From a bacterium (lineage in GTDB: Bacteria; Hinthialibacterota; Hinthialibacteria; Hinthialibacterales; Hinthialibacteraceae), in contig JBHGBC010000008.1 of NCBI GenBank assembly GCA_041946805.1, positions 16,991-80,990 on the forward strand: a DNA stretch of 64,000 nt, given 5' to 3'. Below the pieces are notes generated by a model. The model had not been told where the DNA came from. It ran no database searches and saw only the letters and a program-made list of their open reading frames with translations. Below, one piece after another: positions 9,677-18,678 of this stretch. Within the stretch, counting starts at the first letter, position 1; every line of letters starts with the position of its first letter. Both the position numbers and the translations under genes were made by a program.

Positions 9677-9835
9677 GCGGGGTAGCGCGGCGTAATCCAT
9701 CACGCATTCGAGTAGTGTCCGCGGCTCCCTCATCCCCTCTCCCCCCGGGAGAGGGCCAGGGTGAGGGAAACCCGTAGGGGCGGACCTAGGTGTCCGCCCG
9801 GCGAGATGCCGGGGCGCGTTGCATTGTGCCCCTAC
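9677..9835. repeat. Cluster of REP-like palindromes between convergent genes
   Basis: GCGTAATCCATC type (9677-9702), CCCTCTCCC..GGGAGAGGG..GGGTGAGGG (9733-9767), GTAGGGGCGGACCTAGGTGTCCGCCC (9774-9799), GGGGCGC..GTGCCCCTAC. Confidence 0.8.
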
Positions 9836-9901
9836 AGAAATGGTCCTGGATCCCACAAAAACTTGTGAGTTCCCCTCCAACGGAGGATCCGGTGAAAAAA
9901 C

Positions 9902-10378
9902 TCAGGACGCGCCGCCGGGCGGTGGCGCATCGCTTTCCGCCGCCGGTTCGCTGGAGCTGCGGAAGCGGGTGAATTCGCGCCGGAATTCGCGGGCGGCTTC
10001 CTCGGTCTCGCCGAAGGTGGCGAATTCGGACAGCACGATGAATTCCGGCTGGATCTCCAGGTTGCCCACGAACAGGCCGCCCTTGTTGATTTCCAATCGC
10101 TTGCGGGCTACGAGGGAAAGACGGGCCCCGCCTTCGATCACGACGTGAAAGGCGTCGACATGGCCGTCGACAAAACCCCGTTCCACGATCTTCACGAGGT
10201 TGTTCGACCGGATGGTCCCGTTGAATACCCCGCCGATCTCGATCCCCTGTTTCAGACTGAGGTTGCCTTCCATCTCCACATCCGGGGCGATGTAGGAACG
10301 GACGGTGGATTGTCCCTCCTGGTACGCTTCCTCCGGAACCAGATCCGCATCATCCTCGGCGAAAATATAATCGGCCAT
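9902..10378 (-). CDS. Bactofilin (polymer-forming cytoskeletal protein)
   Basis: SYIAPDVEMEGNL..IEIGGVFNGTI..VDGHV..VVIEG beta-solenoid repeat pattern. Confidence 0.8.
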   Translation of the reverse strand: MADYIFAEDDADLVPEEAYQEGQSTVRSYIAPDVEMEGNLSLKQGIEIGGVFNGTIRSNNLVKIVERGFVDGHVDAFHVVIEGGARLSLVARKRLEINKGGLFVGNLEIQPEFIVLSEFATFGETEEAAREFRREFTRFRSSSEPAAESDAPPPGGAS

Positions 10379-10684
10379 GGATAGACTCCACTCGAGATAA
10401 TATGGCTATATACTCCAACCGGATGGAATCCGTGTCAAGCAAGCGTATCCGGGGGGGTACATGGAGAACCCCGGGATCATCGGCCGGCCGAACACTGCCG
10501 CTCCGTGAAATCTGTTCCTCTTGTATAATCGGAGACCGGGGAGGGTCCGGCCGGGGCGCGGAACGGTGTCCGCCTGGTAAGATGCCGGGGCACGTTGCCA
10601 CGTGCCCCGGCATGAAACGGCGCTGGATTGCCGCTGGTGCGGGGATGACATCCATGCGCGGGATGACATCCCGATGAGTCAATC

Positions 10685-12112
10685 ATGGAAATCCAAACCC
10701 AAGAATCCCTCATATTGATCGTCGATGACGAAGAGGCCGTCCATTATTCGTTCAGACGGTTCCTGACCCCCCTGACCAGCCGCGTTCTGACGGCCCGCTC
10801 GGGCGAGGAGGCGTTGTCCATCCTGGAAACGGAAATCCCGGACCTGGTGATCATGGACATCAAGATGGGGGGCATGGACGGCCTGACCACGCTGAAGGAA
10901 ATCTCCCGCCGCTCGCCGCAGATCCCCGTGATCATCATGACCGCCTACTCGACGGCCAACGCGGCCATCGAGGCCACCCGCCTGGGCGCGTTCGAATATG
11001 TGATGAAACCTTTCGATCCCCCGCACATGATGGAGGTGATTCAAACGGCGTTGTCGACGCGCCGCCTCATGCAAAAAACCGTGGTGTGGGGCGTGAACGA
11101 GGACCAATGGGGCACGGACGACGTGTTGATCGGCGCCTCGCCGGCCATGCGGGAACTGTACAAGTTCATCGGCAAGGTGGCCGACAGCGGCGCTTTGGTG
11201 CTGATCACCGGCGAGAGCGGCACGGGCAAGGAACTGGTGGCGCGGGCTATCTACAGCCACAGCCCGCGCATGAAGAACATCTTCCTGCCGGTCAATTGCG
11301 CGGCGCTGCCCGACAGCCTGCTGGAAAGCGAACTGTTCGGGCACGAGAAAGGGGCCTTCACCGGGGCGGTCGAAAAGCGCATCGGCAAGTTCGAGCAGGC
11401 CCACAAGGGCACGCTCTTTTTGGACGAAATCGGCGAGATGAGCCTGGCCACGCAGGGCAAACTGCTGCGGGTGCTGCAGGATGGAACCTTCCAGCGCGTG
11501 GGAGGCAAGGAATTCGTGCGCACCGACGCGCGCATCATCGCCGCCACCAACCGGAACCTGGCCCAGCGGGTCGCGGAGCACACGTTCCGGGAAGATTTGT
11601 ATTACCGCCTGCAGGTAATGACCATCCACCTGCCGCCCCTGCGCGAACGGCGGGATGACATCCCCCTCCTGGCGCGCTATTTCGCCGCCCGGTCGGGATA
11701 TCAGAAACTCGCGCTGTCTCCGGAGGCGGAGCAATTCCTGCTCAATCACACCTGGCCGGGCAACGTGCGCGAACTGGAAAACGCCATCCAGCGGGCGCTG
11801 ATCCTCTCCCGGGGCGCGGTCATCACCGTGGAGCATCTGCGGCCCGGCCCGGCGGTGGACATGGGCGCGGTTTCACCTCCACCCGTTAGGACGGCCCAGC
11901 CCGTCCCGGAAGAGTCTGGCCTGGGCCAGGCGCTCGATCAATTATGGGAAAAGATCCTGGCGCGGCAGGCAAAGCAGCCCCTCAAGATGTTCCAATGGCT
12001 GGAGGTGGAACTCGCCCGCCGGGCGATGGAACACACCCACGGCAACCAGGTGCAGGCCGCGAAACTGCTGGGCGTCTCCCGCAACACCCTGCGCCAGCGG
12101 CTGGGATTGTAG
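10685..12112 (+). CDS. Sigma54-dependent response regulator (NtrC/AtoC family)
   Basis: REC (IVDDE, MDIKM), AAA+ GESGTGKE, GAFTGA, LFLDEIG, WPGNVREL, C-terminal Fis HTH (GNQVQAAKLLGVSRNTL). Confidence 0.95.
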   Translation: MEIQTQESLILIVDDEEAVHYSFRRFLTPLTSRVLTARSGEEALSILETEIPDLVIMDIKMGGMDGLTTLKEISRRSPQIPVIIMTAYSTANAAIEATRLGAFEYVMKPFDPPHMMEVIQTALSTRRLMQKTVVWGVNEDQWGTDDVLIGASPAMRELYKFIGKVADSGALVLITGESGTGKELVARAIYSHSPRMKNIFLPVNCAALPDSLLESELFGHEKGAFTGAVEKRIGKFEQAHKGTLFLDEIGEMSLATQGKLLRVLQDGTFQRVGGKEFVRTDARIIAATNRNLAQRVAEHTFREDLYYRLQVMTIHLPPLRERRDDIPLLARYFAARSGYQKLALSPEAEQFLLNHTWPGNVRELENAIQRALILSRGAVITVEHLRPGPAVDMGAVSPPPVRTAQPVPEESGLGQALDQLWEKILARQAKQPLKMFQWLEVELARRAMEHTHGNQVQAAKLLGVSRNTLRQRLGL

Positions 12113-12140
12113 AGCGGAGGAGGAAACAGGACATTCAATC

Positions 12141-12497
12141 ATGGCCAATCCGTTTCGTTTTACACGTTTTCTGGAATCGGCTCAGCTGTCTCCGGGAGCG
12201 GTGATTGCGTTTATCATCCATATCCCCAACTTCATCCGGCTCCTTTCACGCCTCTTGAACGATCCCCGGGTTCCCTATCATCTGAAACTCTTTTGTTATT
12301 TCGCGATGATCTATTTCATTTTCCCCCTGGATCTCTGGAGGGATTTCCGGCTATTCGGCCTGGGGTATGCCGACGACGTTTTGCTTCTCTTCTTCGCGTT
12401 CCGCAAGTTGGTGCGCGATTCGCCGCCGGAAGTCGTGCGCGAGCATGTGGAAGCCATCAGCCAAGGCCGTCCCGCCCCGGAATACAGGAAGGATTAA
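12141..12497 (+). CDS. YkvA/DUF1232 family membrane protein
   Basis: LLNDPRVP..YFIFPLDL..D...GLGYADD motif. Confidence 0.82.
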   Translation: MANPFRFTRFLESAQLSPGAVIAFIIHIPNFIRLLSRLLNDPRVPYHLKLFCYFAMIYFIFPLDLWRDFRLFGLGYADDVLLLFFAFRKLVRDSPPEVVREHVEAISQGRPAPEYRKD

Positions 12498-12572
12498 CGG
12501 CAAGCGGGAAGGAATCGAACGGCTGGGCGGAAAGGCTGATTCGCAATGCCAGATGCGGCTATTCACTCGATT

Positions 12573-12642
12573 GCAGAAAAGGGATGAATTTCTCCTTTTC
12601 AGGGCTTCTCTCACCCTGGCCCTCTTCCAAAGGGAGAGGGAA
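12573..12642 (+). repeat. About 70-bp composite repeat (GCAGA..GGATGAATTTC.CCCTTTCAGGGCTT + CCCTCACCC hairpin)
   Basis: Similar copies at 57688-57757 and 58909-58978, inverted at 30418-30487 and 49035-49103. Confidence 0.82.
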
Positions 12643-12730
12643 TCGTTGCGCGTTCCCATCGATACTCGTGGCAAGAACACGGCACCGAGAAAGCACTGCA
12701 TTCGGATAAATGGTGGATGTCCGTTATTAC

Positions 12731-14386
12731 TCACTTCGCCGGCACGAAAATCCGCAGGCGGGCGCGGGCTTGGGGAAAGAAGCGCTCGTATTCGAGTTTG
12801 AACTCCTCCAGAAACGGGACCAACTTGCAGAATTCATGCACGCCGCCGAAAACCGCTTCGAAATTGACAACTTCCCATGGCGCGGTGGATTCGAGCAGCA
12901 CGATCTTGTTGGACTGGGTGACGTACAGTTCATGGCGCAGGATTTTGAACCGCTCCTCCATCGGCAGATTCCGCACCGATTCGCCCGGGCGGAACAGGAA
13001 GAGATGGTTCCAGTAGGTCACGGCCTTATGCCAATCCCGCTGCAGCCGGTCCAGGGATGAAATCATGTAAAAGGTCGCCGCCGGGGGGTTGGCGAGGTCG
13101 TGGGTGATGAAAAAAGCGATCCGGTCGGAGGGCTGGAAACGGTCGATCACCGCGCGGATGGGAGTTTCATACACGTTTTGCTGGTTTACCTGCGCCTGCC
13201 GGTAGAAGCGGGATTGAAATTGCGTGCAAGCCAGGACCAGGACCGCGATCACGGTTCCGTTGATGATGCCCGCGCCTTTCGGACAACGCCAATACGCCTG
13301 AGAAAACAAGGCGCGGACGGCTTCACCCGTAAGAATGAAAAACAATCCCATGGGGATGAATTGAAAACGCTCCATCTTGAACGGGTGATAGACCGCGGCC
13401 AGAAAATGGACAAGAAACACTGCCATCATGGGATTGCGGAGTGAAAGCCGTCCCGTCAACGGCCCGCCGATGAACACCAGCGCCAGGGCGGCTACCGCCA
13501 GCCAGGGAACCGCGAAATAGGCCTGGGGAATCACCTGCGGATAATAAAACAGGCTGGACAGTCCCCACGGCATGTACGCCGCCGGATTGTTCACCGCGAA
13601 ATAGATCAGGTTCTCCCACTTGCGGCTGGATTCGGGGATGAACCACAATCCCACCAACACCACCGGCACGCCGAAGAGCACCAGGTTGCTGCGTTTGAAC
13701 AGGCCGCGCAGTTCATATCCCCCCAGGGCATAGCGGTTCACCAGCAGACCGGCCACAGTCAGGAAGGCGTAGTTATATTTATAGAAAAAAATCAATGCCA
13801 GCAGCGTTCCGGGCAGAATCCAGCGGGTCCATTTCGCTTGGGGATCGGAGGGAATCGCGACCAGCGCGGCGAGCACCAAAAACAAGCCGAAGATTTCGCT
13901 CATCATGCTCACGGCGTGTTGGACAACGATGGGCGAGGTCGTGTACAGCGCCCAGGCGGTCACGGCGCCCGCCCACGCCCAGGGACTGCGCCGCCGGGTG
14001 AACCAAGCCAGGATCATCAAGGCGGTGCCCAGATGCGCGCCGAGCGACAACAAGCGGGCGGAGGCCAGCGAAGGCTGGAATAATACAAACAGAATCCCTG
14101 TGATCCACGAATGCAAATACGGCCAGACCACCTGGGCGTTGGTGTGCTTCCAAAAGTGCATCAAATCGAAATGGCGCAGGTCGTACCAGATATGCGAGGC
14201 CCAGGCGCAGCGCTCGTATTCGTCCCAGCAGGGCAATCCCCCGTGGCGTACGGAATACACGTAGAGCCAGAGGGTCAGGATTATACTCCAAAATATCAGC
14301 GCCCAGCCCAAAATCCGCCACGGCAATCCTAACCGGGGCGGTGAGAAGGCGGGATCTGGGCTGGGATGGGGATTCGAGTCATTCAT
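12731..14386 (-). CDS. GT-C fold (ArnT/PMT-like) polytopic membrane glycosyltransferase
   Basis: WDE in the first periplasmic loop, WPYLHSW, MSE, KYNYA, more than 10 TM helices, soluble C-terminal domain. Confidence 0.75.
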   Translation of the reverse strand: MNDSNPHPSPDPAFSPPRLGLPWRILGWALIFWSIILTLWLYVYSVRHGGLPCWDEYERCAWASHIWYDLRHFDLMHFWKHTNAQVVWPYLHSWITGILFVLFQPSLASARLLSLGAHLGTALMILAWFTRRRSPWAWAGAVTAWALYTTSPIVVQHAVSMMSEIFGLFLVLAALVAIPSDPQAKWTRWILPGTLLALIFFYKYNYAFLTVAGLLVNRYALGGYELRGLFKRSNLVLFGVPVVLVGLWFIPESSRKWENLIYFAVNNPAAYMPWGLSSLFYYPQVIPQAYFAVPWLAVAALALVFIGGPLTGRLSLRNPMMAVFLVHFLAAVYHPFKMERFQFIPMGLFFILTGEAVRALFSQAYWRCPKGAGIINGTVIAVLVLACTQFQSRFYRQAQVNQQNVYETPIRAVIDRFQPSDRIAFFITHDLANPPAATFYMISSLDRLQRDWHKAVTYWNHLFLFRPGESVRNLPMEERFKILRHELYVTQSNKIVLLESTAPWEVVNFEAVFGGVHEFCKLVPFLEEFKLEYERFFPQARARLRIFVPAK

Positions 14387-14465
14387 CGGGATGAAACCAG
14401 GCCTCGATATAATTTTGGTTTTACCAATCCGTGTGTGTATGAAGGGAATGACATCAAAAAAGGCA

Positions 14466-14500
14466 TTCCCTCATCCCAACCCTCTCCCAGAGGGAGAGGG
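14466..14500 (+). repeat. REP-like hairpin CCCTCATCCC..CCTCTCCCAGAGGGAGAGGG
   Basis: Member of the family seen at least 14 times in the window. Confidence 0.8.
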
Positions 14501-14566
14501 AGCAGGCTTGGATTGTCTGCCAAGGTGAATTGACATACCATCGCACTTTTTGAAATGTGTACTTAT

Positions 14567-16297
14567 TTACGGTTCGTCCTTCGTTTTCTCCTTCAGGCAG
14601 TTAATTGATAATTCCCGCAAAGTAAAGATGCGCACCCGCGTATGAGTCCAGTGGAATTCCTCTTCATAATTCAATTCACATTCTTCCAGCTGGGGCACCA
14701 GCTTCGCCATTTCCGCCACGCCCCCGTAGGCCTGTTCATACGCCGGGCCGGAGAGCGGTTCGAGACAGTCCACAATGGCGATCTGGGTGACTTTCCGGCC
14801 TTCCAGCACCCGGCGCAGCTCTTTGATCCTTTCTTCGGGGGAAAGAGATGTCACCGATTCCCGGCTCCGGAACAGAAAAACCAGGTTCCAGCGGTGCTCT
14901 CCGGTCCGGACGTCGTATTCCAACTGGTCGAACCGGGTGATGTAGTAATAAAAAATCGAAGGCGGGGGGATGGAATCGTAAGCGAGAAACAGTGCGGTCC
15001 GGCCCGACGGATCCACCCGGTCCAGGATGGCTTCCAAGGGAGTGATGAAACTGTTTTCCTGGCGGATTTGCGGCTCGTGGCAACGGTCCGCCCCGTAATC
15101 GACGGCAGGCAACAGGATCAGAAGGCATCCGGTCCAGGCTGCCGCGGTGGATTTGATCCGCATGGAAGTAAAAATCCGGGTAAGCACTTCATCCAGTACC
15201 TGGCCGGACAATACGAAGAACAATCCCACGGCGATAAATTGAAAGCGGTCCATCTTCATGGGATGGATTTCAGCGGCTAGAAAGTGGACCAAGAAGCAGG
15301 CGAACACCGGATTGGTCAGCCGCAGTTTCACCGAAACGGGAAACTCGATCAGCATCAACGTCACGCCGGCGGTGAAAAGGAACGGCAGCGCGAAATAGAC
15401 CTCGGGGATGTGTTGGGGATAATACAGCAGGCTCGCCAGGCCGAAGGGCGTATAAACCTGGGGATTGTTGAACGCGAAGTCCCAGAAGTTTTTCCATTTA
15501 TGGGCGGTGTCGGGGATGAACCACAGCGCCAGGCCAAAAATGGGAATACCGAATAAGATCAGGTTGCCGCAACTTGCCGCCTTCCGGAGTGAAAACCGCG
15601 CCCTGGCCGACCGGTGAACCAGCAAGGCCGCCCAGGTCAATCCGGCAAAGTTGTATTTGAACATGAAAAGCAACGCGAGCAGGATGCCACTGGGAATGAA
15701 CCATCCCGGCCGCTCGTCTTTCTCTCGTGGCAAACACGTGATAATAGCCAGCACCAAGAACAAGCCGGACAATTCCGTCATGATGGTGACGGAATTTTGC
15801 AGTACGATGGGTGAGGTGGTGAACAGGCCCCAGGCCGCCGCCGCGCCCGCCGGGGCGAACGGCCGCCTTTCCCGCAGGAGGAGCCACACGGTCAGGCACG
15901 CCGTCCCCCAAAACGCGAAGAGGGACACTAATGCCGCCGTGGCGAACGACGGGCGGAACAGCACGAACAAGATTCCCGTGATCCACGAATGCAAAAACGG
16001 CCAGACCGCCAGACTGTTGGTATGCAGCCAGAAATGGGCGAAATCGAGGTGGCGGATGTCGTACCAGATCCGCGCGGCCGAGGAGACACGCTCGAAGCCA
16101 TCCCATTCAGGCAAGCCGCCATACCGCGCCGAGTACCAATAGAGCCAAACGGTCAGCACCAGGGTCCACAAACCCAAAAAGCATCCCAGCACTTCATGGG
16201 AGAACGAATAGCGGCCGGTATCCGGGAAACCGCCGGGAAATTTGGATTCCATGCTATGCTGCACACCCATCTTTTCGCTAGAACCGCCTCGCGTCAC
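14567..16297 (-). CDS. GT-C fold membrane glycosyltransferase, tandem paralogue of 12731..14386
   Basis: Shared blocks GGLPEWD, WPFLHSWITGILFVLF, KYNFA, HPMKMDRFQFI. Confidence 0.75.
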   Translation of the reverse strand: MTRGGSSEKMGVQHSMESKFPGGFPDTGRYSFSHEVLGCFLGLWTLVLTVWLYWYSARYGGLPEWDGFERVSSAARIWYDIRHLDFAHFWLHTNSLAVWPFLHSWITGILFVLFRPSFATAALVSLFAFWGTACLTVWLLLRERRPFAPAGAAAAWGLFTTSPIVLQNSVTIMTELSGLFLVLAIITCLPREKDERPGWFIPSGILLALLFMFKYNFAGLTWAALLVHRSARARFSLRKAASCGNLILFGIPIFGLALWFIPDTAHKWKNFWDFAFNNPQVYTPFGLASLLYYPQHIPEVYFALPFLFTAGVTLMLIEFPVSVKLRLTNPVFACFLVHFLAAEIHPMKMDRFQFIAVGLFFVLSGQVLDEVLTRIFTSMRIKSTAAAWTGCLLILLPAVDYGADRCHEPQIRQENSFITPLEAILDRVDPSGRTALFLAYDSIPPPSIFYYYITRFDQLEYDVRTGEHRWNLVFLFRSRESVTSLSPEERIKELRRVLEGRKVTQIAIVDCLEPLSGPAYEQAYGGVAEMAKLVPQLEECELNYEEEFHWTHTRVRIFTLRELSINCLKEKTKDEP

Positions 16298-16400
16298 TGT
16301 TCGCTCCCCTGGCGGTTATGATACATTACCGTAAAAACAAATCCCAAGCCCCGGCTTTGGAGAGATAGTGATTGCCATTTTGAAAAAACCAAACCCAGGA

Positions 16401-16553
16401 ACCCAGGACTGAAGTCCTGGGCTAGTTTGAATTTCTTCGGATGCTGTAGGGAAAGAACCATGGGATGGATTCGCGCAGCGTAATCCATCCATGTAACCGG
16501 CATTTCATCCCCGAGGGGGATGCCGGTGGGGTAGCCGTAGGTTTTAACCTACG
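16401..16553. repeat. Cluster of REP-like hairpins upstream of moxR
   Basis: CCCAGGACTGAAGTCCTGGG, ATGGATTCGCGCAGCGTAATCCAT, CATCCCCGAGGGGGATG, CCGTAGGTTTTAACCTACGG inverted repeats. Confidence 0.7.
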
Positions 16554-16589
16554 GGAAAATCGGCAGGCACTTCGGTTAAGGAGTCCATC

Positions 16590-17588
<999 letters not shown>

Positions 17589-17600
17589 CGCGGGGGATTC

Positions 17601-18251
17601 ATGCCGGGGTTCTTCATTACCGTGGAAGGCATCGAGGGGGCGGGCAAAACCACCGTCGCCGAACGCCTGGAAACGTGGCTGCAAGTCCGGGGCCACGCCA
17701 CCTTCCGCGCGCGCGAACCGGGCGGCACCCCGACGGGCGAGGCGCTGCGCGGACTGATCCTCGATGCCGGGCATCCGTTGGGTGTGGAGGCGGAACTGTT
17801 GCTCATCGAGGCGGCCCGCGCCCAACTGATGGACGAGGTGGTCCTGCCCCGTCTGGAATTGGGACAGACCGTGATCCTCGACCGGCATATCGATTCGACC
17901 ACCGCCTACCAAGGCTACGGCCGTGGGCTGGATCTGGATTGGATCGCCCGGCTGAACCATTTCGCCACCCGCGGCCGCCGCCCCGACCGCACCCTCCTGC
18001 TGGACGTGGACGCCGCCGTGGGCCTGGCCCGCGCGCGCGGCAGCAAGCCGGACACCCCCTACGCGGACCGCTTCGAAACCGAGGAACTGGCCTTCATGGA
18101 GCGCGTCCGGCAAGGCTTCCTCACGCTCGCCCGCTCCGAGCCTCAACGATTCCATGTCGTGAATGCTGAAGCCGGGGTGGAGGAGGTGTGGCGGAAAGTA
18201 TGTACAGGGATTGAGAGGGAAGAAGCAAATCATCATCCCCAACGGGATTGA
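17601..18251 (+). CDS. tmk: Thymidylate kinase
   Basis: EGIEGAGKTT, REPGGT, LDRHIDSTTAYQG, PDRTLLLDV. Confidence 0.95.
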   Translation: MPGFFITVEGIEGAGKTTVAERLETWLQVRGHATFRAREPGGTPTGEALRGLILDAGHPLGVEAELLLIEAARAQLMDEVVLPRLELGQTVILDRHIDSTTAYQGYGRGLDLDWIARLNHFATRGRRPDRTLLLDVDAAVGLARARGSKPDTPYADRFETEELAFMERVRQGFLTLARSEPQRFHVVNAEAGVEEVWRKVCTGIEREEANHHPQRD

Positions 18252-18294
18252 TATTTATGGTTCATCCAAGAAGTGCGTACCGGCTGAAGTAACA

Positions 18295-18470
18295 TTGATT
18301 TCATTCGCCCCTGGATGAGGGCGGATACCAAGGTCCACCCCTCAAAAATTCCCTCACCCAGTCTCTCTCCCAGAAGGAGAGGAAATTTGGGGGGGGTGTT
18401 TTCATCAATTCCCGTGAAGAAACACGAACCAGTCATCTGAAAAAAGTACGCACTTGCCGGAAGAGCCATA
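18295..18470 (+). repeat. About 175-bp degenerate dispersed repeat (copy at 25093-25270)
   Basis: Colinear similarity: GGATGAGG.CGGA.ACC.AGGTCC.CCCC..AAAAATTCCCTCAC..CTCCCAGA.GGAGAGG.AATTTGGG..TTTTCATC..AAAAAAGTACGCACTTG..GGA.GAGCCAT. Confidence 0.85.
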
Positions 18471-18678
18471 TTCACATCTCTTTACGTGTTCAAGCCATAT
18501 CACTCGGATTGTCATCTCTTCATCTATGGCAATCGAATAGATGGCCTCAATAAAATCCATTTTGGTGAAACAAGGAATATTGGTTTCCACGGTTGCCCCT
18601 CGCGGCTTTCAACCGTTATCCCGGGAGGCTATGGTACAATAGGCTGCAATTCAATCTGAGAAATGGCATGATCGCGCT

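Noticed and set aside
10685..12112. Sigma54 (-24/-12) target promoter or cognate kinase near the NtrC-like gene
   Set aside because: No convincing TGGCAC-n5-TTGC site or histidine kinase was found by eye.
18405..18590. DtxR/MntR remnant (MDFIEAIYSI..RV)
   Set aside because: Only about 20 residues of weak resemblance, and the rest runs into a repeat; cannot be supported without a search.
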